This document shows, one piece after another, positions 25,803 to 38,164 of a stretch of DNA of 64,000 nucleotides; position 1 is the first letter of the stretch, and each line of letters starts with the position of its first letter. Source of the stretch: Gordius albopunctatus (Eukaryota). The stretch lies in contig OZ193909.1 of assembly GCA_964276515.1 (NCBI GenBank), positions 6,324,001-6,388,000 of the forward strand, given 5' to 3'. The position numbers were made by a program, and so were the translations under genes. The notes beneath the pieces are model-generated. The model was not told where the DNA came from. It saw nothing but the letters and a program-made list of their open reading frames with translations, and did no database searches.

Positions 25803-27455
25803 CAAGGGCGTAGCCAGGATTTGCTAGAGGGGGGGGGGGGTTTAAAATTTTTGAAGCCATATTTTTTTTGGAAGTAATTTTATTTTCGACATATATTATT
25901 GAAAGTAAAGTAAAAATACAACAAAAATAAATTATAATATAACAAAATATTTAAAAACTATAAACAATTAATATCGACGTTTTTTAGATAAAAATGCATT
26001 AATAATATCTTCTGTTTTGGGGGTATATTGTCTATGTACATTTAACAAGGTTAATCCAGTAAGCCTAAATTAAAAATTAGTAAAACCATTTAATTTACCT
26101 TTCTTGTCCCATTGTGTTCCTGAGGTAAGTTTTTAGTCTTTTTAAAGCTAAAAAACATCTCTCATTCGAGCATGTTGTAACGGGGAGTGTGGCTAAAATA
26201 TGATATAATGTTTTTATATTTGGATGTAATTTTAATTTGGACGCATGATTGGTTAATGTTTCCAATGCAGCATTGGTAGGCAAATTCTCTAATTCACAGT
26301 CCTTGAACGACTGATACCACAATTTAATATCCGATTTGAATTGTTCTTGAGAGCCGTCAAGATCTTCTTCATAAAAATTTGCCAATTGAAGAAAGTTATT
26401 TAATATCTCTGTTGAGAGCATGACAGGGGACTTAATTAGAAGGGAATCAAATCCCAACAGTATTTGCTTGTTTTTTAGAAACCTTTCATCAAGTTCCACC
26501 AAAACCGCATCTAAAAAGGAGTTATGCAACGAAACTCTGTAATAAGTTTCTGGACAAGATGTTTCAATGTTTGAACGAAAAGTTTGTCGTGAGGCTCTCC
26601 TAGGAATAGTAATTTTGAAATCATATATATCTCTTAGTGACAAGACATCATTGTAGATTGTTCTAAATTCTTCTTGGGAATTTTCCCGCAAATGTTGAAT
26701 CTGTATAAACGCATTTTCGGCTGCATTTTTGGCCTGAGAAAGGTCTATATTAATCCTTTGCAAATAATTGCTAAAATTAATAGTGTAAGAAAAAATTTGA
26801 TTTAGCTTGTACAAAGACAGCCAAAAGTTGGATGTCCTTAATGATGAAAGCAAAATCGCCGCATTGGACGATGATTCTTCATCGTCCCATTCACACATCT
26901 CCTCCAAGGTAGCAAATATTGCTTCCTTCGCTTCACAGAATCTTTGAACAGAATTGTGCTTTTGTGTCCATCTAGTTTCACACAGTGATATTAATTTTGT
27001 GAATTTAGGGTTATCCGACAATGACAATACTTTAGAAGTGAAAAGATTAAATCTTTTGGGGGTTGATATAAAATCAGTGATTTTTTTTGACAAGACTATT
27101 TGTATCTTTCTCCTCAGAAATGCAAATATTACTCTTTTTAGGGAAGTATGTATAAATGGAATATCGCTTCATAATAAGGCGCGGAACTTAAATTTACAAA
27201 TAAGATCAGTTTGGAAGCTTTTAATCAAAAATACAAATTCCGAAATTCAAAATTTATTAACTTGTCGACTTAATTTTTTAACATATATATATATATAACT
27301 ATAAACGCAGCACTTGACACTAGCTAAATTAATTATAATCATGATTATCAATAATTTTGTGTTGTCAATAATTTTGTGTTGTGTTTTGAAAAAAAATAAT
27401 ATCCAGGAGGAGGGGGGAGTTCAAACCCGAAACCCCCCCCTTCCCTACGCGCTTG
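25803..27455 (-). mobile_element. hAT transposon, internal-deletion derivative
   Basis: TIRs CAAGGGCGTAG / CTACGCGCTTG. Perfect 8-bp TSD ATAAGCCC. Contains the C-terminal half of a transposase. Confidence 0.92.
25968..27093 (-). pseudogene. 5'-truncated hAT transposase (THAP12/ZMYM1-like group) with dimerization domain
   Basis: LISLCETRW, YLQRINIDL, LATLPVTTCSNERCFLALKRLKTYLRNTMGQER. A 34-nt GT-AG intron (26098-26065) is followed by LTGLTLLNVHRQYTPKTEDIINAFLSKKRRY*. The N-terminal half is absent. Confidence 0.85.
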
Positions 27456-29083
27456 ATAAGCCCTTACATACATACATACACATACCCATATATATATACA
27501 TATATATATAAACTTTACTTTATATATATTGATAATATTATGCAAATTTAATTTTATAATCATATGTACGACATCCATCCATCGTTAACCCTTAATTTCT
27601 CAGTTGGACGTTTCCCAGTTGACTCGGATTCTAAAAAATCAACGAGTACAACGGAATCAGATTTCATCGATCGAGCTCACCGCCTTAAATGGTGCTAGAC
27701 GACGACAATCTGCTCATTGACTCTGCATTGACCAAAGAAACAAATGACAAAAGTCTGATAGAAACGCTTAATGAAGTATTTTATTTAAACAAATATAATA
27801 GATTAGGCTTGGATCAATGAAATTCATGCTCCTGATATATTATATCATAAACATGAGTTAATTAATAAAGCTTTGCTAATGATAAGTATAAATGAGGAGG
27901 ATATATCAAAAGATGCAAATAAAAGTGATATTTTTTTAAGTTTGAGAAAATTGGAGGTATTTATATTAAATAAAAATAATATTGATAGATTGAAAGAATA
28001 AAGTATGTTTTAGCTCAATATATAAAAACTAGGATAAATAAGGTATCATAAAATTAGCTATGCTAATTTTGCAAGATTGAGTTATATTGTGACCACATAT
28101 TGAAAGCAAAACCAGAGTATTTAAATAAGCTTACTATGGAAGAAATGGCTTTTTGTATAGAGTAAATTCTTATTTGATTAAATGTATAATTATATAGTTA
28201 TGGTAATAGCTTCAAAGAATATATGCAGGAAGCTTGTTTGCAACACATGCCTTTCAATATGCAAAATATAGATTATGGAAAGATTGGTAATTATTGTCTT
28301 GTAAATCGTTATAAATATTAGCTATTAAACCTAATTATGACCATTATGTTTTTGTACATTCTAAAGAAGAAATTGACAATGAATATTTAAACCAAAGTCG
28401 CTCATTCCTTGATTCCTCAGGAAAGTAATGACCTTATTGGTATAATTGTATATTTTTAGTGATACTACTCTTCTAGATAGACCAGAACATTTAAACAAAG
28501 CTACTCAGTATATAATCAAATACAAAGTTATCAAGGATTTGCTTGAAAAGCAAAAGATCTTTTTGTTATAATTAATTGTAATTGTATTTTTGTATCTATT
28601 ATAAGATTTTATGTGTAGTGTATATAATATAAATAATTTTAAATTTGAATGTCATAAATTTGTGTGTAAACCCTAAATTTATTGTGAGCAATAAGAGAAG
28701 ACTATTGTAATCAGAATTCCCTTAATATCCCCCACCCCCACTTATATATAGAAAATAATTTAAGTATATTGCAAATTTTAGGGGCAATTTCTTAATTAAC
28801 ATTTAAAAAATTTTCATTTGATTGATAAAGAAAATTAGGAATTTAAACTCTGTGTAGTTACATAAAAGACTAAAGCACTTATAAATAATTTATAAGCTTA
28901 TATATGCTTTTTATTTTTTTAATTAAATTTTTTGACAAAAAGGTTTTAACCAGTTATTTTTCTATTTCATATTCTATTAATATGAATATTTAATTCATTG
29001 AGCATCTTCTCACAAAATTACCTGACCTTCCCACACCTAGTTAGCAAACAAGTTTATTGGTAGTTATCTTTGGCACTCTGAGT

Positions 29084-32000
29084 TAGAGCCCTGCAAAGTC
29101 ACTTTCAAAAGCATTTTATATTTTTTACCCCTACCCCACCCGAAAGTAAAAAAAAGTTATTGATTTTGATGGTTTTAAATGGCAACAAAATGTTATTTCC
29201 TCAAAAAAACAAATTTCATAACATTTTAAAACATGTTTTGCAGAAGGAAAAGCATTAGTAAAATAATTAATCGTAATAATTTTATTTTTTTATTCTAGTG
29301 TGTATGTTAGGTGGTAAAACAAGTTGAGACATTAATATTTAAAAAAGAAAAATGGGATTTCAGAAAATCGTTTATAGTTTTAATTGCTTTTATTGGCTCA
29401 CTTTCCATTTTCCGAAGTAACGCACCGAACGTGTTAACGAGGGATATCTTTATCTTATAACATCAATCTAGATATTTTACCTTTCTAAGTTCAAAATTGC
29501 GCAAATCCTAAAATCAGATGTAAAAAACAAGGAAATAATATAAATAAACGAGTTTAGTTAATCATACATTTCGATAATGATTATAAAAAACTCGGGCCTT
29601 CGGCCCTCGTGGGAAGGGGGAACGAACTCATCTATACTCCGTATAGACGTAGCATATTTGCTATGAAATTTATGGGTGAGAATGCCTTAAGGGGGGTATT
29701 AAATGCAAAATAATTGGACTGACGGACATAGGGTAAATATCAATGTTAACTAATTTAAAAACGAAACAAAAATTAAAATTTTAAATCAAATTTTGGCCAA
29801 TGGTCATTTTTTCCATTGGTCAGTAGCCAGGACACGGGCAAAAAGTCATATTATCGATGGTATTAACAAAAACGGACAACCAAAAACGAGCCCATAAATT
29901 GCATAGCAATTAAAACAATATATTAATTTCATTTAAAAAAATTTTTTTGCCATCTCCGGGATTCGAACCCACATTAATAGAGGCATAAGCCCTTGTAGTA
30001 GGCGAGGGAATAGGGTAATTATCAATGTTAACCTAATATACCAATTCAAAAACCAGCAAGTCAGAACGTTGGAGGACGGACGGACAACAAAAAGCGAGCC
30101 CATATATTGCATACCAATTAAAAGAGACGATTTTTGCATCACCATCTTAGATCAGGATAATTTTTGGCGAGGGTGTAGGTCTCATTTATTAGATCTATTT
30201 TGGGCCAATACTTTTTAAATTATGGAGGTTTTAAGGGAGGAAATCACGTTCGCGAGCGTTTTATGGATTTAACTATTATTGAAAATAAAAGCGTTATTCA
30301 CTCAAATTCGGTGAATTTAGTTCCTAAAAAATTCTCTATCGAAATAATTTAATTAAAAACCTCAAACATTTGCGGTCATTTTTACCCTTTAAATGAATGA
30401 AAAATTTCATTTCCCCTAAGAATATTTATATATAGTGGCATAAACAAAATTAATTATCACTAGAACATATTATTATGTTTGTTATTTATTATCAAATTGC
30501 AAATTTCTAAAGAATATATGGTAAATATATAATATTGGATTAAAAATAAACCTAAATTTTCAATTTTTTTTCTGCGCAATGGCCAATTATCAGAATTTAT
30601 TAGCATATAGAAGAATAGATAAGTAAATAAAGGATAAAGATTATACATTTGTAATTTACATATGAATATCATAGATATAGAGCAAGTTGGTATTAAGATA
30701 ATAATTGTATAAAATAACCTCCTCCATTGGTGTAATAAATGTATGGAAATCTCCAAATATTTCCTAACAACCCAATGGCAAATCCTATGCAAGGAAGGAT
30801 AAAATCTAATTTTCCACTCCAATTTCCTCTTTCAGAAACTTTATCCAAGCTCATTTAAAACATTTTATATAAATTATTTTGGCCTAGTTTGTAAAGAATT
30901 TATGTGGAATGTTGAATAATTCTGAATAGCAATTAAAATTTTAATCTAAAATATGTAATTCAATAATATTATCAACAAAATTTGATTAGGTCAAATATTC
31001 CCGCTCACTTCAGGAAAATACACTTAGAGCGCCAAGTCAGCGGTGGGCGGTTAAGAGAGTTAGATAGGGGTAGGGTAATAAAATGTAGTTAAACCTTGGC
31101 ATATAAATAGCGCACTATAAACCCCGTATCCATCGTATCTAAATACAAGTCAGAACGTTGGAGGACGGACGGACAGCAAAAAGCGAGCCCATAAATTGCA
31201 TAGCAATTAAAATACAAAATTGCAAAACTTTAATTACGGTTATGAGATAATTTAAGTGTTAAATAAGTATACATTTACAAACATATAGTAGTAGTAAGGA
31301 AAAAAGAATTCATTATAATATAATATTTCAATTAAAATACCAGATTTTTCATTCATTAACACATTTATTATGGGCCTACCCAGCATTGTAATTAAAGGGG
31401 GGGGCAATAATGATTTAGGGAAGGGCAAAATGATCATTATTCTTTGGAATTTTAGCAAATTTTTGGATTTAGAGGAAAGCAACCACCCCTCTCTGCCCCC
31501 CTTGGCTTAAAACATTTTAAATACACTTCCCCTCTCCCTTCGCATATATTTATTGATTAGAATTATTGATTTTTATTGATGATATTAGTTATACCCATCT
31601 CGTTTCCTAGCAATCAAGATACAATACCGAGGGGTAGTGGGGTGGGGAGTGCTTAAATTATAAAAGTTTAAGATCGCTTAAAATACTATTTCTAAGTGCC
31701 TGCAGATTTAAAGGAAGATTCCAAGTTGTATAAATACTCAATGTGCCCAAATAACTTATTTAATTATGTGATAATTAACAAAATAGTCCAAAAACTCTTA
31801 ATCGAAACAAATATCTTTAGTAACTAGAAAAAGTTGCTAGAATTTACGAATATATATATAGCGAATTACATTAATGTTGCAGAAATTTTCGGCCTGCCGT
31901 ACTTTTAATAAATTTCAATAAATTTTTGGATTTAAGGGGGGGGGGTGAATTTTAGATGTATATTTTTTGATAAAGTACAAAATATATTTTCACGGAATTT

Positions 32001-32484
32001 AAATTAATTTCTTATTGACACATGACAAGGAAATGAAATTTTTTTACCATTTGTAACTAAGTTTCCTGCTCATAAATTTCTTTTATGACTTATTAGATGC
32101 CGCCCTAATCAACGAAATAAATACAATTTGGCCAATGGTCAATTTTTTCATTGGTCAGTAGCCAGCGGAAGGTCAAAAAGTCATATTATAAATGAAATTA
32201 ACAAGAAAAAAATATAAATTTAATTAAAAAAATTTAAAAAAATTTTTGTCCTCTCCGGGGATTGAACACGAACCTCCGGGTCAGGAAGCCGGTGTAAATA
32301 CATTAAAGGGTAACGGAGGGACACCGGACAACCAAGAACGAGGCAATAAATTGCATAGCAATTAATATTATATATAATGGTATTAAATTAAAAGATATGT
32401 CTATGTAAGATTTAGAACCTTCAACCGGACCCGACCCAAAGTTTAAAATTTTGGAACCCGAGGGCGAGGCCGTGCAGGGCTCTA
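29084..32484. mobile_element. TAGAGCCCTGCA-TIR hAT-like element enlarged by nested insertions
   Basis: TIRs TAGAGCCCTGCA / TGCAGGGCTCTA. Flanks CTCTGAGT / CTATGAAT (6/8). Same TIR family as 51799-52382. Confidence 0.5.
29585..29911 (-). mobile_element. HINE-like element, short copy
   Basis: Terminal GCCCATAAATTGCATAGCAATT, inverted subterminal TTGCTATGAAATTTATGGG at about 29658, hairpin GGGCC-TTC-GGCCC at 29594-29606 next to an A run. More terminal copies at about 30060-30122, 31147-31211 and 32120-32365. Confidence 0.6.
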
Positions 32485-32534
32485 CTATGAATACTATGTT
32501 CACTTTCATTATATATATCTATACACATGACTAG

Positions 32535-33332
32535 TAGTGATGCTCAACACTTAGGTCAGGTTTTCCCGAGATCCAACCTGAGGTCGGTTTCAGGTTAAGG
32601 TTGCAAAAAACTTGATAAGGGTTTTCCAACACCCAAACCTTAACCTTAAGGTTGATCCTGAAAATCTACCTGAAAAACCTTCAAGTCAATTTTACACACA
32701 ACTTAACTTCAATTTTGATAGGATGAATTTGAAATAGAAAAATGTGAAAAAATTATCATTTTTTGCGGTATTTATTTTTTTAGCGCACGGCATGGGTATA
32801 CATAAAAAATTATTTTATATGATATATTTAAATATAATTTTTGTATTTTATTTTAGATATTTTCATTTTTCAGAATGCATTAAGTTTTCTAAATATTCAC
32901 AATTTAAAGTGAAGGAAAAAGAGTTTGTTGTTATTATTAAAAAAATTAAGAAATTATTAATATACAAATTATTTAAATATTTAATATGTATATTAGGTAA
33001 AGCGCCATCTATATTTTAACAAATTTTCATAAAGCGTTGGAATGTATTGCATTGCCTGCATATACTATGCAAGCAGCATAGCACTATAGTGTATGATGTG
33101 TGTGAGGGTGTGTGTTATATGCGTATTTTAAACCTTATACAACCTTATCGTTAGGCTATGTTCGGGGTGGGGTTTCAGGTTGGGTGTAAAATTAACCTGA
33201 TGGTTTATCAGGTTGATCTTCGGGATCAACCTCAGGTTAAGGTTTGGGTGTTGAAAAAACCTTATCAGGTTTTTCGCAACCAACCTGGTCCCTCAGGTTG
33301 GGGATGCAAAACCTAGGTTTCGATCATAACTA
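32535..33332. mobile_element. MITE with long internally repetitive inverted arms
   Basis: TAGTGATGCTCAA / TTCGATCATAACTA ends. Block CAACACCCAAACCTTAACCT(T)AAGGTTGATCC at about 32627 is inverted at about 33223-33253. No clear TSD. Confidence 0.65.
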
Positions 33333-33459
33333 ACTGTTAATATTGTTACTCAAATGAAATCAATAAGAAGCAATGTTGTCCAAGAGTTTTTTTCTAATTT
33401 ATTATCACAAGCTAAAGCTATTTTATATGATTCTGATATAAAAATGATTTTGCCTAGAG

Positions 33460-33555
33460 CATGGGCGTAGCTAGATTTTGGATAAGGGGTGGGGGGCGTT
33501 TAAAAGTTCAATTAGGGAGGGGCAAAACATCGCTTCCCCCCTAACTACGCCCATG
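33460..33555. mobile_element. hAT MITE, CATGGGCGTAG family, 96 bp
   Basis: Perfect 11-bp TIRs. TSD GCCTAGAG / GCCAAGAG (7/8). Confidence 0.85.
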
Positions 33556-34289
33556 GCCAAGAGGCAAAATTTTTATAACTTTCAAATCTTATTCCCGCTA
33601 TATAAGTCAATTATTTTGCCAGAAACGTGGATAATATTTTTTTGACCTAATTTTACGATAGTGATTTAATGGCATAAATAAATAGGAATTTGTTTGTACA
33701 ATGACTCTGGTATACTGGACCTTGAGTATACACTACTTTTCATACACGTCTTATCCTTTACATTTAATTTTACTTACGTGTGTGTGACTTTCTCTCCCCC
33801 CCCCCCACGCGTTTATACGTTGTTGTTATTTCTTCCCAATATATTATTATTGCATGCATCATTAATTTTGTTTACGCATAAACAACGTACTGTATCGAGA
33901 GTTGTTTGATTTTTCGATCATTATATTTTTTTCTTAGTTTTAATTTTAACTGAATAAAATATGTAGAGAAAACAAATTAAGGTATATTGTCTTGTATGCG
34001 ATGGAGTATTGTAACCTTTTGTCCACCGCCCGTTCCTCAATTCTCCCAATATATTCCTGATTCACCTTCAAATATTAAATCGTATCCTTAGGACGTTAGA
34101 TTGACATCTTAGGGATATGATAATGACTTTGTGGAGGGTTTGCGTCAAGTCGGAAACCGGCTGTAAAAACCAACTCCAAAATCAATAGTTTCAAACAAAA
34201 CTTTACAACAGAAAGCTAGGGCGTCCTCCACAAATGACGCGCAGTGCATATCCCGCCCGTGCAATGTGAAAAATACACTTGGATTACTG

Positions 34290-34700
34290 CAGTGAAGTTA
34301 GTTGTGGAAAGAATGAATAAGGTGCTGGAATGTGGGCAAGTTGACGGGAAAAAGAATCGAGGTCGCACAAATTCGAAAAAGAAGAGAGGCACAAATCGTC
34401 TGTCTACAAGATACCAGGAACGCATTACCAAATTATGGAAAAGGGGTGGGTATCGTTCTAGGCGAATCGCTCAAAGACAGGGAATGGAAGTCAAGCGTTG
34501 TTCAGACAGGTTAATGGGGGTGATGATTGCAGGTCAAGGGGGCCTCATAACCGTTAAGTGCGCGTGTTCCCCAAATTGGATGTTTGGAATCAGAGAAAAA
34601 TACTTCTCTTTTTACGAAAAGGAATAGGACAGGATGAAAAGCTATTTATTGGGGCGGATTTCAACCCTCACGCAGAGAAAGATCGCCTGTGGTGTGCCAA
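34290..34700 (+). mobile_element. RTE-clade LINE, APE endonuclease fragment
   Basis: Frameshifted WNVGKLTGKRIEVAQIRKRREAQIVCLQDTR, GVGIVL, EVKRCSDRLM and LFIGADFNPH, typical of RTE/BovB-type endonuclease. Confidence 0.85.
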
Positions 34701-36099
34701 AATATTTGTTTTATTTTAATATTGGCATATTTTTAGGTTAAAAATGTTGGAAATTATTACTCTACTTTATACCAGTACTGGATTTAATACAGAATTCAAT
34801 GATAAAATTGTATTATTTGTAAATGTTCTTTCCTTACGATTCAAATTGTGTTTGCTAAATCCGAGGCTTTAAATGTTATGTCCGGGAATTATCTGTTATT
34901 TTGGGGCTTTATTTGTTAAGTTTGGGTATGGGGGAAGGGGTCTCGTGATCACCCTTGGATTTGGGGTCCAGGGATTTATTACTGTTTTTGTGGACAGGGA
35001 AAATTGAATATTTTGAAGTATTAGGATAATTCTGCTTAAAATCGGGGAGCCAACTCTACTAAATATTAGACTCATTTCGGTTTAACTGTTTATTATTATT
35101 CGAATATTTAGGATAGCGTAGAACTAATGATAAATATCTGTCGTGGGGTTTTTCGAAGGGATGAGAGTTTCTAGTGTTGTCGGGGAAGAGTAATTATTTA
35201 GGGTTAGGTCGGTTGTTTATAAAGTAGGGGTTCGTAAGGCCATATAATAGGAGTAATGGAAAAATAAACTGTGGGGAAATGGAAGAAGTAGAATTAGTTC
35301 GGGAAGAGTACGGACAACTTAACCATAAATCGTGGGAAGGTGAAGTAGCTTTTGGGGAGAATAAAAAAAGTAAAGTAAGAAGTAAAAGTGATTTTTAGGC
35401 TGCTTTTTCCGTTTTATACCCTTAGAAATCCTTGACTACTTTCTTATTCTTTCTTGGCCCATATTTTCACTTTTTATTACCCTTTTCCCCTGAACCTACA
35501 ATCCCCTCGTACCTATCCTAAAAAGGTATGGTCATAAAAATCCTTTCATCTCATCTCAGCCCAAACCTCCTAGATATCTGAGAACGATTGCCGATACTTC
35601 CCTTTATCTCTTTCCTTCCCCTCCCTTGTCTATCCTTAAAGGATTAGCTATTAAACCAACTTCGGCCTCATTTCTGGTAAGCCGTAGACATAACCTCAAA
35701 TACAAACCTATAATAAATTATTAGGGGCAACGTCAGATATAACTAGAACAAAAACTCTAATCTTAGAAATAAATGGAACACAAACTAGAAAGCAAGGGCA
35801 ATCAGGGGCAGGACGAGATATTGAAGGCTTAATTTTGTCCCCAGGATACGACAGTGTTTAATATATATTAATAAAAAACAATGTACTTTTTGTTATATTA
35901 CACTTCCCGTGCTTATTATTACATACGCTCACGTAATATTTACCGATGTTCTAAACGTTTTTCACCGATTGCTGTTATTTTTAACAAAATCTGCCATTTG
36001 TCGAATATCCGCGTGTTTTCGTGACATAAGTCTGAATCTAAGTTACAAAAATAGGCCTCATCTCTATTTTTAGGTGTACAAGTAACATGCGATATATAT

Positions 36100-36340
36100 A
36101 ATACAGGAGATGGGCATATATTAAAAAGAGAGACGAATGATGTAAAAAAGTTTCGGACATAGAGATACCGGGGAAGAGGACGACCTCGTGCACGTGGAAA
36201 GGGCAAGCCGACAAAGTTATGAAATCTAATAAGATTGATCAAGACATGGCTCTAACCGGATAAAGAAAAGATGAAAGAAACTTATCAAAACAAACCCCAC
36301 TCTTGTGGGACCAAATACTTGATAAATAAGAAGAGAAGAC
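36100..36340 (+). mobile_element. Probable RTE LINE 3' end
   Basis: PGRGRPRARG-like coding remnant, then a short tail ending AATAAGAAGAGAAGA. Same strand as the 34290 fragment. Confidence 0.5.
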
Positions 36341-36401
36341 TTTATAAGAACTGGCATTTACACATTGTTTTGCAATTACTTCAGGAACTTAAAAGTAAAG
36401 C

Positions 36402-37056
36402 CAGGCGCGTAGCCAGGATTTTCTCAAGGGGGAGGAAAAATTCTAAAAAATTTTCGACACTTTTATATATAATGTAACAAAAATAAACTTCGCGTACAAT
36501 TTATGTGAAACTTCAAGGCGCTATATAACCAGCTTTGGAAAAATCTGTTCTCTTCTTTATTCAGAGCATTTACAATCGCTTTAATACCTTAAGGACATGG
36601 ACCTTATGCAAGTTATTCAACTGGCAGAAAATATTATCATCTAGGTAAAATTAAATAATGGCGAAAACCAAAGCAAAATTATGAGTTTGATCTGAAAAAA
36701 TTCTCAAGTTGCTAATAAGCAAAATTATACAGTCACTCATTCTGTTTACTTGACATTTTTAAGTACAGCTAAATGAAGGGTGTTTAGATAAAAAAAAAAC
36801 AAGTTTTTCATAATTTACGATCAATGGTGGAAAATTATAATGGTGGGGTAGTGCAAGCTTTTAGTCGAAAATTAAATTCGAAAAATTGAATGTATATATT
36901 ATGTTTCGAGGCTTTTATAAGTGTCTAAAAATCTTTTATGCAACTAAACTATAATATTTTAACCCATTTAATCTCATTATTAATCAAAAAAAATTTTCAA
37001 ATTTTGGTCAAGGGGGTAGAAAAGTCCCGCTTTCCGCCCCCTTGGCTATGCGCCTG
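36402..37056. mobile_element. hAT MITE, CAGGCGCGTAGCC variant
   Basis: TIRs CAGGCGCGTAGCCA / TGGCTATGCGCCTG. Perfect 8-bp TSD AGTAAAGC. Confidence 0.9.
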
Positions 37057-38164
37057 AGTAAAGCTAAACCATTAGATTATACGGAAAGCTATATTTTAAT
37101 CTTTTAACATTTATTAGATCGTTTCTTTTATATGAGCTATTGAACTCAACTTACTAATTTTATAAAGTTTGTAAAAAGGGATTAAATTCGTAAAGCGTAA
37201 TTGAAGGATGATATTTTTACATAGGCTAGAAAACATTGAGACTGAAAGCTATATGTTACATATATAATGCTATATTGGCCTATAATTAGGTTAGGCAAAC
37301 TTGGGAATTTAAATTTATTTGCTTAAATAAGAAACATTTTTCCAAATAAATTTGTTTAATTTTAACCCAAATATTTTATCATTACATAAAGGAGAAGATC
37401 AATTTGTCTGACATAAAAAACCCAAATTACACTTATAAGTGTATAGTTTTCTTGGCTGTACAATTTTATAAACATTGATTAAGTGTGGGAGAAAACCAAT
37501 TTTTTTATAATATTAAATAAATCTTTATTGTATGGTCAAGGTTAAAATAGTCGTTAAGATCGTACTTATAATTAAATTATAAACTTGAAAATTTAGGTTT
37601 TTGTTCTCATAGCATGAAATTGTAGCCAATTCGAAGATTACAATTATGAGAAACAAATTGCGCGATATTTAATTCGGCAAACAATATACAAAAAACGGGT
37701 GATTGCATAGAATTTTAAGAGTTAATACATAATAGATTGATATTGCATTACATGCGTCGATTCTGCAGTGTAGGACTACTAACATCTAAGGAGGGGCGGT
37801 ATATATAATAAAAATTACTACATAACTTTTAGTTAATTGTCATTCGTGGGTTAGCATTATATGATAATTATATCAAGATCTATATCGATTTATGTTTAAG
37901 TATAATCTTTAGAAGGTGGCATCGGTAGTTTATTTGCACGTAGGTGTTAAAGTTGTAAACCATATAATGTTTATGTTGCACAGAAGCTTGATACAATATT
38001 ATATACGAATGTTAATGCTAATTAGTACATCTACATGAGGTATAAAGTCCATTTTGACAGAGCTAAGGAAGATATCCCAATAGCAATGCATATTTGAGCT
38101 AAGCACCAAAAGCTTCCACTCCTTATTATAAATATAACTAGCACCTTTAAATCACAAATATACA

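Larger units (their letters stand above)
20897..27623. mobile_element. Putative large TIR element containing minisatellites and nested insertions
   Basis: Left GTTAACTCAGAAACGGCCAGCTGGGAAAT matches the reverse complement of the right end, GTCAACTGGGAAACGTCCAACTGAGAAAT. No clear TSD. Confidence 0.45.

Noticed and set aside
27640..28700. Additional gene or transposase
   Set aside because: It looks like decayed coding sequence, but every frame I tried has frequent stops and I could not assign a family.
29945..30005. tRNA gene
   Set aside because: Only a T-arm/B-box-like segment is present, with no D-arm or acceptor-stem pairing, and it lies within a repeat family.
30460..30822. piggyBac transposase remnant (WRRLFY..I)
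   Set aside because: One short motif in low-complexity AT-rich sequence, with no other piggyBac motifs recognised.
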